Source: Dialister sp. UBA7295
GTDB lineage: Bacteria > Bacillota > Negativicutes > Veillonellales > Dialisteraceae
NCBI GenBank assembly: GCA_002471975.1
Contig: DKQZ01000032.1
Span: forward strand, 78,463 to 142,462
Direction of reading: 5' to 3'
DNA length: 64,000 bases
Made by a program: the position numbers and the translations under genes. Below are positions 23,719 through 34,720 of the stretch, in pieces. The notes under the pieces were generated by a model, which was not told where the DNA came from, ran no database searches, and was given only the letters and a program-made list of their open reading frames with translations. Position 1 is the first letter of the stretch. The number at the start of each line of letters is the position of its first letter.

Positions 23719-25019
23719 ATAATTATGTAACTGTCGTGGGCGCAGGCCTTGCGGGAAGTGAGGCTGCCTGGCAGCTTGCGGAAATGGGTATCCCTGTCAG
23801 ACTGGTTGAAATGCGTCCTCTCCGTCAGACTCCGGCCCATCATACATCTTTTTTCGGAGAACTGGTCTGCAGTAATTCCCTTCGGGCGGCATCCCTTACC
23901 AATGCGGTAGGGCTTTTGAAAGAAGAAATGAGGCGCCTTCATTCCGTCATCATGAAAGCGGCCGATGAGAATCAGGTACCTGCGGGCGGAGCTTTGGCTG
24001 TAGACCGTATGGGATATGCCGGGGAAGTCACCCGCCTTGTAAAGAATCACCGGCTTGTAGAATTTGTTCAGAAAGAAATTTCATTCATTCCTCCGGAAGG
24101 TATCGCTATTATTGCCACCGGGCCTTTGACAGAGGGGGCTCTGGCAGAAGATATACAGAAATTCTGTGGAGGAGAAGGATTTCATTTCTATGATGCGGCA
24201 GCTCCTATCGTGACGAAGGAATCTCTGGATCTTGATGTAGTTTATCGTATGTCCCGTTACAATAAAGGAGAAGCGGCCTATTTGAACTGTCCTATGAATG
24301 AAGAAGAATACAGGGCATTCAGGGAAGCCCTGTGCCATGCGGAAATGGCCCCTGTCCACGGCTTTGAAAACAAGAAGGTTTTTGAGGGCTGTATGCCCAT
24401 CGAAGTGATGGCCCAGCGTGGCGAAGATACCATGCGTTTTGGACCTATGAAACCCGTAGGCCTCCCGGATCCGAGGACGGGAAAGGATCCCTATGCGGTA
24501 GTCCAGCTCCGTCAGGATAATGAAGATGACACCATGTACAATATTGTCGGATTCCAGACCCATCTCAAATGGGGAGAGCAGAAGAGAGTCTTTGGCATGA
24601 TCCCGGGACTGTCCCATGCGGAATTCATCCGGTATGGTGTCATGCATAGAAATACCTACATGGATTCGCCGGAGCTTCTGAATGCCACTATGGAAACCAG
24701 AAAGCGGAAGGGCCTTTTCTTTGCGGGCCAGATGACCGGCGTGGAAGGATATGTGGAATCAGCGGCATCAGGTATCGTGGCGGCCTATAGTGCGGCAGCC
24801 CGTTTCCGGGGGCAGGAACCGGAGCCATTTCCAAAAGAAACGGCGATTGGCGCCCTCTGCCATTATATTTCCCACTTTGAAGGGAAAAATTTCCAGCCAA
24901 TGAACGTGAATTTCGGCCTCATCCCTCCGCTTGAAAAGAAAGTGCCCAAGAAGGAGAAAAATCAGAAACTGGCAGAACGGGCTCTTTCTTCTCTGGATAC
25001 ATGGATAAAAAGAAAATAA
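23715..25019 (+). CDS. trmFO: Folate-dependent tRNA U54 methyltransferase (Gid)
   Basis: [40 protein letters not shown]. Confidence 0.96.
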   Translation: MNNYVTVVGAGLAGSEAAWQLAEMGIPVRLVEMRPLRQTPAHHTSFFGELVCSNSLRAASLTNAVGLLKEEMRRLHSVIMKAADENQVPAGGALAVDRMGYAGEVTRLVKNHRLVEFVQKEISFIPPEGIAIIATGPLTEGALAEDIQKFCGGEGFHFYDAAAPIVTKESLDLDVVYRMSRYNKGEAAYLNCPMNEEEYRAFREALCHAEMAPVHGFENKKVFEGCMPIEVMAQRGEDTMRFGPMKPVGLPDPRTGKDPYAVVQLRQDNEDDTMYNIVGFQTHLKWGEQKRVFGMIPGLSHAEFIRYGVMHRNTYMDSPELLNATMETRKRKGLFFAGQMTGVEGYVESAASGIVAAYSAAARFRGQEPEPFPKETAIGALCHYISHFEGKNFQPMNVNFGLIPPLEKKVPKKEKNQKLAERALSSLDTWIKRK

Positions 25020-25152
25020 GAATTCAAATAAAAAGCCTCATTGAGGCTTTTTATTTTGCCTTTACAGAGAAAGGCCAAGTCTGAATACAATTCCTGCAGC
25101 CCCTTTTATGTGTTAGAATAAAAATAAATATGACCATCTTCAGGAGGAAATT

Positions 25153-26286
25153 ATGAAAAAAGTTATTTTTGACGTGGACGGCGTTCTCTTATCCGAAGAA
25201 AGATATTTTGACGTATCTGCACTTACGGTATGGGAGATCCTGTACAGCAAGGATTATATGGGGCTCCCGGCGGAAAGTGATGATTTTGTTCCCCATGCCA
25301 TTACGGAAGGGCAGATAGCAGCCTGCCGGGCCCGTGTCTGGGGAAATGACCGCCTCCTTGCCTGGCTCAAGGCAAGGGGAATCAATTCCAACTGGGATAT
25401 GGTCCATGCCAGGCTTATTACCACATTCTGGCTCATGGCGGAAGTCTATAAAAAAAGGTCCGGCGGGGAAAAGATTTCCCTTTCCTTCCATCGTCCGGAG
25501 GATTTGAAGAAAGCGGGACTTACCCTGATGGGACTTCCCATACCGGGGGCCGATGATATTCTCCGGAAATGGGAAGAAAAGGTTCCCAAAGGACTTCAGG
25601 GAGAAGATGTCATTCATCACCTTGCCCTTGCCATGGCAGATGATTTTGAAACATCCACAGACTGGGCAGAACTCCGAAGTGATTTCTGGACCATCCACAC
25701 GGAAGCTTTTCAGGCCTGGTACCTGGGGGATGATACATATATTCTCCTCCTTCACAAAGCGCCTTACAGCGGAGGGAAAAAGGGCTTTCTCCATAATGAA
25801 GTGCCTCTGGCACCGGCTGAAAGTATCCGGGCTTTATTCATTGAACTGAAGAGGCGGGGCTATGAGCTTGGCGTGGCTACCGGAAGGGCCAGGGAGGAAA
25901 TGGAAATTCCTTTTAAAATGTTTCACTGGTATGAGGAATTTGATCCTCTTTACCTTGCCACTGCTTCGGATGCCGTAGAGGCGGCAGGACTTTTTAACTG
26001 CCCTGTACCGGATAAACCGCAGCCCTTCATCTTTACCTGTGCCATTTATGGGAGAAAGCGGGAAAACTATAAAGCCTATCTGGAGGAAAAAATGAAACCA
26101 TCCGTTTCTGATCAGGTTATCGTATGCGGCGATTCCTTTTCCGATGTGCTGGGGAGTAAAGCGGCAGGCGCTTCCATTATAGGAATCCTGACAGGACTGG
26201 AAGGGAAAAAAGCGGCTCCTGTTTTTGAAAAAGCCGGTGTCCCCTTTGTAGACCGCATTACGGATATCGAAAAGCTTCTTCACTGA
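25153..26286 (+). CDS. HAD-superfamily hydrolase
   Basis: IFDVDGVLL, ATGR, DKP, GDSFSD. Confidence 0.85.
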   Translation: MKKVIFDVDGVLLSEERYFDVSALTVWEILYSKDYMGLPAESDDFVPHAITEGQIAACRARVWGNDRLLAWLKARGINSNWDMVHARLITTFWLMAEVYKKRSGGEKISLSFHRPEDLKKAGLTLMGLPIPGADDILRKWEEKVPKGLQGEDVIHHLALAMADDFETSTDWAELRSDFWTIHTEAFQAWYLGDDTYILLLHKAPYSGGKKGFLHNEVPLAPAESIRALFIELKRRGYELGVATGRAREEMEIPFKMFHWYEEFDPLYLATASDAVEAAGLFNCPVPDKPQPFIFTCAIYGRKRENYKAYLEEKMKPSVSDQVIVCGDSFSDVLGSKAAGASIIGILTGLEGKKAAPVFEKAGVPFVDRITDIEKLLH

Positions 26287-26396
26287 CAGCTGTATTTATC
26301 AAGGGTATTAAAAGGAACCGCTTTTCTCCATTTTGCATGTATATACCGGCCATGATAGAATAAACATAAGTCTTGAAATACAGGAGGTCAGCTCCA

Positions 26397-27425
26397 ATGA
26401 ACGATTTTCTTCCCCATCTTTACGGGCAGGAAAAATTAAAGAAAGAATTGAAGAGACTCCTGGAGGATGGACGGCTGCCCCATACCCTCATCTTTTATGG
26501 TGATGAAGGGCTGGGAAAAACCACGGCAGCTCTGGACCTGGCAGGAGCCATAACGGGCAGAACAGACAAACTTTGGGATTCTTTTTCATCGCTTCCGGAA
26601 GAAGACTTGCAAAAGATGCCGGTCATAACCCTGGCAGACCAGCTGGTGTGGTATCTTCATCCTGTAGGAATGGAATTGAAAATTGAACAGTTCCGCACCT
26701 TTCTGGAGGCCATGGCTTCTTTTGATGAAAAGCCGCATGTCTGTATTATCGACGAGGCCCAGACCATGATGGCTCCTGTTGCCAATTCTCTTCTCAAAAC
26801 GCTGGAGGAACCGGAAGGAAATATCCATTTTATCCTCGTTACTCATGATCTGGAGGCCCTGCTTCCAACCATTATTTCCAGAGGAGAGAGGTTCGGATTT
26901 CTTCCATTAAACAAAAAGGATTTCCTATCCCTGGTTGAATCAGATCCAAAACGTTTTTCACTTCCGGCAGAACTGGATTCATCCCTCCTTTTCCAGATGT
27001 GTGAAGGGAATCCCGGTATCGCGCTGGAAGTCTGTGATGAAAAGGGAAGCAAAGAGCCCGAATGGGCCATGCATTTCTGGGAAATTCTTACAGACAGCGC
27101 CATGCCATTTTCAACACTTTCCGCGGCAGAATTTAAAGATCGCCATGATTTCCTGAAATCTCTTCGGTGGATATCCCTGGTGGGGCGGGATATCATGGTA
27201 CTTTCCGAGACAGGTGATGTTTCTCTTGTCCGCTGCGCATCGGTTTCTTCAAGGGAAGAAAGGATTGCGCCACGCTGGTCCGGCGGCAGGGGCGAGGAGG
27301 CCATGAAGTTTCTGAAACTTGCGGAAACCGCTGTGGCACGATATATTAATACAAAAAATGTTTGGGATGTTATTCTCATTGAGTTAACACATATACAGAA
27401 AGGCGAAAAGAAATGGATCAGGTAA
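26397..27425 (+). CDS. holB: DNA polymerase III delta' subunit
   Basis: GDEGLGKTT, IIDEA, ANSLLKTLEEP, LLPTIISR; holB-yaaT synteny. Confidence 0.88.
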   Translation: MNDFLPHLYGQEKLKKELKRLLEDGRLPHTLIFYGDEGLGKTTAALDLAGAITGRTDKLWDSFSSLPEEDLQKMPVITLADQLVWYLHPVGMELKIEQFRTFLEAMASFDEKPHVCIIDEAQTMMAPVANSLLKTLEEPEGNIHFILVTHDLEALLPTIISRGERFGFLPLNKKDFLSLVESDPKRFSLPAELDSSLLFQMCEGNPGIALEVCDEKGSKEPEWAMHFWEILTDSAMPFSTLSAAEFKDRHDFLKSLRWISLVGRDIMVLSETGDVSLVRCASVSSREERIAPRWSGGRGEEAMKFLKLAETAVARYINTKNVWDVILIELTHIQKGEKKWIR

Positions 27426-28255
27426 TCGGCGTCCGCTTTAAGCCGGCAGGTAAAATTTATTATTTCGATTCCAATCATCTTGATATTCATCTGGATGACG
27501 GGGTCATTGTGGAGACTTCCAGGGGGCTGGAATACGGGAATGTAGTGCTAATCCCCAAAAATCCGGTTACGGATGCGGAAGCGCCTTTTAAACCGGCTGT
27601 CCGGAAAGCTACTATCAAAGATCTTGCCCAGCTCGAGAGGAATAAGGCAAGAGAAAAGTCTGCTTTTGATATCTGCCTGAAGAAAATCGAGAAATTCAAA
27701 ATACCGATGAAACTGCTTCGGGCTGAATATACTTTTGACCGCAATAAAATCGTATTCTTCTTTACTTCGGATGGAAGGGTCGATTTTCGTGAACTGGTCA
27801 AGGAACTGGCCTCCGTATTTCATACAAGGATTGAGCTTCGCCAGGTGGGCGTAAGGGATGAGGCCAAGCAGGTTTCCGGCATCGGTTCCTGCGGCCGCCC
27901 GCTCTGCTGTGCCACTTTCCTTGGGGATTTCGCCCCGGTTTCCATTAAAATGGCCAAGAATCAGGGATTATCCCTGAATCCGTCCAAAATTTCCGGCGTC
28001 TGCGGGAGGCTCATGTGCTGTCTTCGGTATGAAAATGATATGTATGAAGGCACCGGCAGCAAAAAGAAAAAAAGCTGCCCCATGGATCGGAATAATGGCA
28101 AGAACTTCCGCGTAGGCATGAAAGTCATTACCGATGAAGGCAGCGGTCAGGTACTCTATGTGAACAGCCAGAAGCATACAGTGAAAGTCCAGCTGGAAGG
28201 ACAGAAAACGAAAATTCTGCCCTGGGATTCTGTGGAACAGGAAGAAAATGACTGA
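27413..28255 (+). CDS. ricT: PSP1-domain protein RicT (YaaT)
   Basis: GKIYYF, RVDFRELVK, RIELRQVGVRDEA, SGVCGRLMCCLRYE. Confidence 0.93.
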   Translation: MDQVIGVRFKPAGKIYYFDSNHLDIHLDDGVIVETSRGLEYGNVVLIPKNPVTDAEAPFKPAVRKATIKDLAQLERNKAREKSAFDICLKKIEKFKIPMKLLRAEYTFDRNKIVFFFTSDGRVDFRELVKELASVFHTRIELRQVGVRDEAKQVSGIGSCGRPLCCATFLGDFAPVSIKMAKNQGLSLNPSKISGVCGRLMCCLRYENDMYEGTGSKKKKSCPMDRNNGKNFRVGMKVITDEGSGQVLYVNSQKHTVKVQLEGQKTKILPWDSVEQEEND

Positions 28256-28997
28256 CTGGAAATTAAAGGAAGGGGAACGCCTGGATGATCTGGTCCGGGA
28301 CGGCATGAAACTCATCCAGAGGCCGGACCAGTTCTGCTTTTCCATCGATTCCGTGCTTCTGGCCCATTATCCTCAAATCAGGGCCAGAGACCGTATTGTG
28401 GATCTTGGAACCGGTACCGGAGTGATCTCCCTTTTGGCTTCGGCTCTGGGGGGAAAGGATATAACGGCCATTGAGGTGAATCCCGTGATGGCAGACCTGG
28501 CGAGAAGGAATGTGTCCGGGAATCATAAAGAGGGGATCATCCATGTACTGGAAGCGGACTACCGGGAGGCAGGGAAATACTTTCCTTCCGGTTCCTTTTC
28601 GCTTGTCTTTGTGAATCCGCCTTACCGGGAAGTGGGAAGCGGCAGGATGAGTGAGAGCCATGGCATTGCTTCCGCCAGTTATGAATTGAATGCCACACTG
28701 GAAGAAGTGTTTAAAACATCCCAATACCTCCTCAAATACGGTGGGCGTATGGCTATGGTCCATCGGGCAGACCGGCTTGCCGACCTGATTTCTATTGGCA
28801 GGAAATATGGTATGGAACCCAAAAGGCTTCGGCTCATCTATGCCAGAAAAGGGCACCATGCGGTCCGCGTGCTTTTGGAATGGAAATATGGAGGCCATGC
28901 GGAACTGGCGATAGAACCGCCGCTTCTGCTTCATCATCCGGATGGGTCCTACACCGATGAAGTACTGGCTATCTATGGGAAGGAGTCAAATGAATGA
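28248..28997 (+). CDS. YabB/TrmN-like tRNA adenine-N6 methyltransferase
   Basis: FSIDSVLLA, DLGTGTG, VNPPY. Confidence 0.88.
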   Translation: MTDWKLKEGERLDDLVRDGMKLIQRPDQFCFSIDSVLLAHYPQIRARDRIVDLGTGTGVISLLASALGGKDITAIEVNPVMADLARRNVSGNHKEGIIHVLEADYREAGKYFPSGSFSLVFVNPPYREVGSGRMSESHGIASASYELNATLEEVFKTSQYLLKYGGRMAMVHRADRLADLISIGRKYGMEPKRLRLIYARKGHHAVRVLLEWKYGGHAELAIEPPLLLHHPDGSYTDEVLAIYGKESNE

Positions 28998-29835
28998 ACT
29001 GAAACCGGGCACCCTTTACCTGGTGCCTACGCCTATCGGAAATTTATCCGATGTAACGGAGCGTTCTGTAGAAATATTAAAAGGGGCAGACATTATAGCT
29101 GCAGAGGATACGAGACATACCAGAATTCTTCTGGACCATCTTGGAATATCAAAAAATCCCGTATCCTATCATGAACATAATAAAAAAGAGGCGGGACCAA
29201 AGCTTATTGAAGAATTAAAAGCGGGTCGTTCCGTGGCCCAGGTGAGCGATGCGGGGATGCCTGTCATCTCAGATCCCGGGGCGGATCTGGTGAGACTTGC
29301 TCTTTCTGAAAATATTCCGGTCATACCGCTTCCGGGACCCAATGCGGCATTGACTGCACTTGTCGCTTCAGGGCTTGATGCAAGGCAGTTCGTTTTTATC
29401 GGATTTCTTCCGAAAATCACAGCCAAACAGAAAAAGCTCCTTTCCGATATCAGCCGCATTCCTTTCACACTCATTTTCTATGAGGCCCCGCACAGACTGA
29501 AGGATACGCTGGATACGCTTCTGAAATATCTGGGGAACCGCAGGGCAGTGACTGCCAGGGAACTGACAAAAAAATTTGAGTCCTTTCATCGGGGAACGCT
29601 GGAATCTATCCGTCTTCATGCGGATGAGGAAGAACCAAGAGGAGAATATGTGGTACTGGTGGAAGGCTGGAATGAATCCATGGAAACGGTAGAAGAGAAT
29701 CAGTCATCCTGGCAGGAAGAAGCCCTGAAGCAGGCTGAAACACTTCCACTGAAAGAAGCGGCTCGCAGGGTTTCAGGAAAATTCAATATGTCCCGCCGGG
29801 AAATATACCAGTTTCTGCTGGAAAATAAAAAATAA
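28990..29835 (+). CDS. rsmI: 16S rRNA C1402 2'-O-methyltransferase
   Basis: LYLVPTPIGNL, AEDTR, SDAGMPVISDPG, FYEAPHR, RELTK. Confidence 0.95.
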   Translation: MNELKPGTLYLVPTPIGNLSDVTERSVEILKGADIIAAEDTRHTRILLDHLGISKNPVSYHEHNKKEAGPKLIEELKAGRSVAQVSDAGMPVISDPGADLVRLALSENIPVIPLPGPNAALTALVASGLDARQFVFIGFLPKITAKQKKLLSDISRIPFTLIFYEAPHRLKDTLDTLLKYLGNRRAVTARELTKKFESFHRGTLESIRLHADEEEPRGEYVVLVEGWNESMETVEENQSSWQEEALKQAETLPLKEAARRVSGKFNMSRREIYQFLLENKK

Positions 29836-29964
29836 TCCGGATAAATATAAAAATATAACCTTTTCGTTACATCAGGCTGTTTTTTATATTTCCTTTTGGA
29901 GTTATAATAAAACCATTGCTAAAAGACGATATCGTTTCATCTATAGAGAGAGGAGTCATTTTTT

Positions 29965-31911
29965 ATGAGTGAAAAACCAGCGTACTACATCACCACACCG
30001 ATTTATTACCCGAGCGCGAAGCTTCACATCGGCCATACCTACTGTACATCCATTGCCGACAGCATTGCCCGCTTTAAACGGCTTGACGGCTATGACGTTT
30101 TCTTCCTGACCGGCAGCGATGAACATGGACAGAAAATCGAGCAGAAAGCGGAAGAAGCGGGAGTTACGCCGATTCAGTATGTAGATGGTATTGTTGCCCT
30201 CTTCAAGCAGCTCTGGAAAGAACTGAATATCTCCAATGATGATTTCATCAGGACTACGGAAGAACGTCATAAGAAAGTAGTCCAGATGCTTTTCCAGCGG
30301 GCCTATGACAAGGGAGATATCTATCTTGGAAAATATGAAGGCTGGTACTGCATACCGGACGAAACCTTCTGGCCGGAAAACAAACTGACCCCTGATCATA
30401 TCTGCCCGGACTGCGGCCGCCCGCTGCAGAGAGTCAGTGAAGATGCCTATTTCTTCAAAATGTCCAAGTATGCGGACCAGTGGATGAAATATATCGAAGA
30501 ACATCCGGATTTCATCCAGCCGGAATCCAGAAGAAATGAAATGATCCAGTTCGTCAAGAGCGGCCTGGAAGATCTCTGCGTATCCAGAACTTCCTTCTCC
30601 TGGGGCATTCCCGTGCCTTTTGATCCCAAACATGTGGTTTATGTATGGTTTGATGCCCTCGTTAACTACCTGACTGCAGCAGGCATTGTGGACGATCCTG
30701 AAAAATTTAAAAAATTCTGGCCTGCCGACGTTCATCTGGTAGGGAAGGAAATTGTCCGTTTCCATACCATCATCTGGCCAATCATGCTCATGAGCCTTGG
30801 CATTGAACTGCCGAAAAAAGTGTATGGTCATGGCTGGCTCATCGTGGACGGCGAAAAAATGTCCAAGTCAAAAGGCAATGTCATTGATCCGATTCCCCTT
30901 TTACAGGAATTTGGCTCCGATGCCATCCGCTATTATCTGCTGAATGATATCCAGCTGGGACAGGATGGCAATTTCAGCCGTGATCGTCTGATTAACCGCA
31001 TCAATTCCGATCTTTCCAATGATCTGGGCAATCTCCTCTACAGAACCCTCTCCATGGCAGCCAAATATAACAAAGGCGTACTCCATAAAGGGGATGCTTC
31101 CGCAGACCCGTCCATTGCAGCCGCATCGGCAGAAGTGGAAAAGAATGCGGCCGAAACGCTGAAAACTTTCCGCGAAAATATGGATAACTGGAAAATCAAC
31201 GATGCCATCCGTGCCGTATGGACTTTTATCCGTTCCCTCAATAAATATATCGATGTGACCATGCCCTGGTCCCTGGGCAAAGACCCTGCCAAACAGCCGC
31301 TGCTGGATGCTGTCCTTTATCATCTCTGTGAAGGACTCCGCTATGTTTCCCTTATGGCTGAACCGGTAATCCCGATTGCATCCGAAAAAATCTGGAACCA
31401 GCTGGGCCTTGAAAACTTCAAAGATGCATCCTTTAAAGACCTCGTGTGGGGAGGCATTCCGGACGGAACCCTGACTCATAAGGGCGAGCAGATTTTCCCG
31501 CGCATTGAAATCGAAGAAGAAGAAGCAAAGCCGGCTCCGAAGAAGGAAAAGAAAGCCCAGAAGAAAGAAAATTCCAAAGAGGAAAAAGAAGCATCCATTT
31601 CCGTAGATGATTTCTTTAAAACAGACCTTCGCGTCGCAGAAATCCTTACCGCAGAAAAAGTGGAAAAATCAAAAAAACTGATCAAGATGACCGTTACCCT
31701 TGGCGGTGATGACAGGAGAACCGTGGTCAGCGGTATTTCCGAATACTACAAACCGGAGGAACTCATTGGAAAGCATGTCATTTTCGTATCCAACCTGAAA
31801 CCGGCCAAACTGATGGGCATCGAATCCCAGGGAATGATTCTTGCGGCTTCGAAAGATGACAAACTTGAAGTGCCTTTTGTCGATATGCCTGCAGGCAGCA
31901 AGGTCAAATAA
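29965..31911 (+). CDS. metG: Methionine--tRNA ligase with C-terminal tRNA-binding domain
   Basis: YITTPIYY, HIGH, KMSKS, C-terminal NLKPAKLMGIESQGM. Confidence 0.97.
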   Translation: MSEKPAYYITTPIYYPSAKLHIGHTYCTSIADSIARFKRLDGYDVFFLTGSDEHGQKIEQKAEEAGVTPIQYVDGIVALFKQLWKELNISNDDFIRTTEERHKKVVQMLFQRAYDKGDIYLGKYEGWYCIPDETFWPENKLTPDHICPDCGRPLQRVSEDAYFFKMSKYADQWMKYIEEHPDFIQPESRRNEMIQFVKSGLEDLCVSRTSFSWGIPVPFDPKHVVYVWFDALVNYLTAAGIVDDPEKFKKFWPADVHLVGKEIVRFHTIIWPIMLMSLGIELPKKVYGHGWLIVDGEKMSKSKGNVIDPIPLLQEFGSDAIRYYLLNDIQLGQDGNFSRDRLINRINSDLSNDLGNLLYRTLSMAAKYNKGVLHKGDASADPSIAAASAEVEKNAAETLKTFRENMDNWKINDAIRAVWTFIRSLNKYIDVTMPWSLGKDPAKQPLLDAVLYHLCEGLRYVSLMAEPVIPIASEKIWNQLGLENFKDASFKDLVWGGIPDGTLTHKGEQIFPRIEIEEEEAKPAPKKEKKAQKKENSKEEKEASISVDDFFKTDLRVAEILTAEKVEKSKKLIKMTVTLGGDDRRTVVSGISEYYKPEELIGKHVIFVSNLKPAKLMGIESQGMILAASKDDKLEVPFVDMPAGSKVK

Positions 31912-32678
31912 TGGGACTTTTTGATACCCATGCCCATCTCTATGACAAAGCCTTCGACAGGGACCGGGATCAACTGATTCCAGCGCTTTTCAAGTCTCTG
32001 GACTATATTGTGATTCCATCGGAGGATTTGGAGACAAGCCGGAAAGCCGTGGCTCTTGCGGAAACTTACGATCCTCTGTATGCAGCCGTGGGCATTCATC
32101 CCCAGGTGACAAAAGATGCCAGTGAAGAAATTCTCCGGAAAATAGGGGACCTGGCCCTGTCCCATCCGAAGGTGAAAGCCATAGGGGAAATCGGCCTTGA
32201 CTATTATTACCTCTATACGGACAAGGAAATCCAGAAGGAATGGTTCGCCCGCCAGATTGAGCTGGCTAAAGATTTGAATCTTCCTTTCCTGATTCATGAC
32301 CGGGAGGCCCATGGGGATACCCTTTCCATTCTGAAGGAACATAAGAGCCCTGCCATGAGAGGAATCCTTCATTGCTTTTCCGGGAGCCTGGAAACAGCAA
32401 AAGAACTGATCAGGCTTGGCTTCTATATATCCTTTGCCGGGCCTGTCGTATTTCCCCGGAGCATCAGGCTGAAAGAAGTGGCTGCTGCCCTGCCGCTGGA
32501 GCGAATCCTGATCGAGACCGACAGTCCCTACCTGACTCCTCCTCCCAATCGGGGAAAACGGAACGATCCATCCAATGTGTATTATGTGGCAGAAGAACTG
32601 GCCCGTCTGAAAAAACTTCCCGTTGAAGAAATCATAAGCCGTACCAGGGAAAATGCCATTCGCATTTATGACATTTAA
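31911..32678 (+). CDS. tatD: TatD family nuclease
   Basis: DTHAH, GIHP, IGEIGLD, HDREA, LHCFSG, ETDSPY. Confidence 0.95.
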   Translation: MGLFDTHAHLYDKAFDRDRDQLIPALFKSLDYIVIPSEDLETSRKAVALAETYDPLYAAVGIHPQVTKDASEEILRKIGDLALSHPKVKAIGEIGLDYYYLYTDKEIQKEWFARQIELAKDLNLPFLIHDREAHGDTLSILKEHKSPAMRGILHCFSGSLETAKELIRLGFYISFAGPVVFPRSIRLKEVAAALPLERILIETDSPYLTPPPNRGKRNDPSNVYYVAEELARLKKLPVEEIISRTRENAIRIYDI

Positions 32679-32830
32679 CAGAACCTCCTCACTATGGGGA
32701 GGTTTTTTGATGAAAATTTACCGGATATGGTATAGTAGAATCAAAGATAAAAACCTGGAGCACCCTGGCCGGTGAAGAACAATATTCGAAAAATTATGTT
32801 CCGGCAAGAGGATGATTTTGGAAAAGGAAC

Positions 32831-33472
32831 GTGAAGAGCATGGGATTTACAATCATTGACAGGAGCAAATGGCCGAGAGAAGAATATTTTCGGTATTTTC
32901 TGAGGGCGGTACCCTGCATGTACAGCATGACGGTGCAGCTGGACGTCACCCCGATTATGAGACAGCACGCCCGCCCCTATCCGGCCATGCTGTATTTTCT
33001 CTCAGTGGTGGAAAACAGGCATAAAGAATACAGGATCGCTTTCAATGAACAGGGAGAACTGGGATATTATGATGTGGTCCATCCGAGCTATACAGTCTTT
33101 CATCGGGATGATCATACTTTTTCCAGCCTCTGGACCGAATACAATGAAGATTATCGAATCTTTCTGGATTCTTATGAACGGGATACCACCCTTTATGGGG
33201 ATAATCGGGGGCTCTTTGGGAAACCGGGACGTCCGGCGAACCTTTTTCCTGTTTCCGTCATTCCCTGGGTGAACTATGAATCCCTCCATCTGAGCTTTCC
33301 GAGAGCTTTCCGTTATTTTATCCCCATGTATACCCTTGGCCGTCTTCACAGGAAAAGAAGTCATTATTATATGCCTCTCGCCCTGGAAGTTCATCACGCA
33401 GTCTGCGATGGATATGATGCCGGGGCCATCATCAGGGAAATACAGTCCCTCATCAATGACTGGAAAGGATGA
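32831..33472 (+). CDS. CatA-like O-acetyltransferase (type A chloramphenicol acetyltransferase fold)
   Basis: W.REEYF..F, PSYTVFH, FSSLW, SVIPW, catalytic VHHAVCDGY. Confidence 0.85.
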   Translation: MKSMGFTIIDRSKWPREEYFRYFLRAVPCMYSMTVQLDVTPIMRQHARPYPAMLYFLSVVENRHKEYRIAFNEQGELGYYDVVHPSYTVFHRDDHTFSSLWTEYNEDYRIFLDSYERDTTLYGDNRGLFGKPGRPANLFPVSVIPWVNYESLHLSFPRAFRYFIPMYTLGRLHRKRSHYYMPLALEVHHAVCDGYDAGAIIREIQSLINDWKG

Positions 33473-34207
33473 ATCTCATGAATACGAAACAACTGCTTTC
33501 CCTTCTGGAAGAAAAAGGACTTCTTTCGGAAAATGATTATTTTTCTGTTGTCAGCGGGAGCAGGGCAGATATTGTCTCCCTGACCGGACGGGAGCTCCTC
33601 ATCCTGAAGGATTGCAGCAGAAACGATGCGGAAATCCTGATCAAAAGGCTGCTCAGGGTATTTCAGGATGCGACGCCCCTTCTGGTTCTTGACAATGAAA
33701 ATGTTCTCCGTATTTCCATAAAAGATTTTAATAATTATCCGGTCAAAAAGGAAATTACTGTTCTTTTTGACGGAAGGAAAGCGAAGGCCAGGGAGGCCCT
33801 GCCTTACTCCTTCGAGGCTATAGACAGGACTGTGCATACCCTGCTTGCTCCGGGAGGCTGCCCCTGGGACAGGGCGCAGGATCATCAGTCCATGCGTACC
33901 TATGTCCTGCAGGAAGCTTTCGAGACCATCGATGCTATCGATAAAAATGACATGGTCAATCTCAAAGAGGAACTGGGGGATGTCCTGTTTCAGATTGTAT
34001 TTCATTCCGTACTGGCAGAAAAAGAAGGATTTTTTACGCTGCAGGATGTCATTGACGGGATTTCCGATAAAATGATCCTCCGTCATCCTTTCGTATTTAA
34101 GAAAGAAGGGAAAGATAGCTATGCATCTTCCCCGGAAGCGTGGGAAAAACGTAAAAGAATTGAAAAAAACAGGAAATACCTGTTTTCCGGTGTGCCAAAG
34201 AGCTTGC
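33469..34207 (+). pseudogene. mazG: MazG/YabN nucleoside triphosphate pyrophosphohydrolase, 5' part (interrupted)
   Basis: GGCPWDRAQ, QEAFE, EELGDVLFQIVFH, KMILRHP, WEKRK..SGVPKSL, then abrupt break. Confidence 0.9.
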
Positions 34208-34267
34208 ATTGTATATAATAGAAGTATATATTATTTAATACATTATGATATGAAAGGAAGAAGGTTT

Positions 34268-34711
34268 ATGGAAGAAATAAGGTTTGAAAGGGTTAAATAT
34301 GCTCCTGAAGGTATCCAACTCCCGGTAAGAAGCACAAAAGACGCTGCCGGTTATGACTTTTACTGCCCATATGACGTGGAGATTCCACCGGATGAAATCG
34401 TGATTATAAGGACTTATATAAAGGCAAAGTTCCCACCGGATATGGTGCTTATGATTTTTGACAGATCTTCTTATGGAATCAAAAGACGATTAATGCTGCC
34501 CAATAATGTTTTTATCATAGACGCAGACTTTTATGGCAATGAAAAGAATGATGGAAACATAACTATTCCTGTGTATAACTTTGGGAAAGAAACCCAAGTC
34601 ATAAAGGCCGGTGAACGGTTTGCTCAGGGAGTCTTTACAAAGTTCTATAAGACCATTGATGACCATGCCACGGGAGTAAGAAAAGGAGGTATAGGAAGTA
34701 CAGGAAAATAG
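34268..34711 (+). CDS. dut: Trimeric dUTPase
   Basis: All five motifs: AAGYDF, RSS, IDADFYG, RFAQG, RKGGIGSTG. Confidence 0.92.
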   Translation: MEEIRFERVKYAPEGIQLPVRSTKDAAGYDFYCPYDVEIPPDEIVIIRTYIKAKFPPDMVLMIFDRSSYGIKRRLMLPNNVFIIDADFYGNEKNDGNITIPVYNFGKETQVIKAGERFAQGVFTKFYKTIDDHATGVRKGGIGSTGK

Positions 34712-34720
34712 CAAAAATAG

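Noticed and set aside
34215-34241. dif/Xer-like site (TAGAAGTATATATTATTTAATAC) at the islet left end
   Set aside because: Only loose similarity to the B. subtilis dif in very AT-rich DNA, no partner site at the right end, and no switch in gene orientation.
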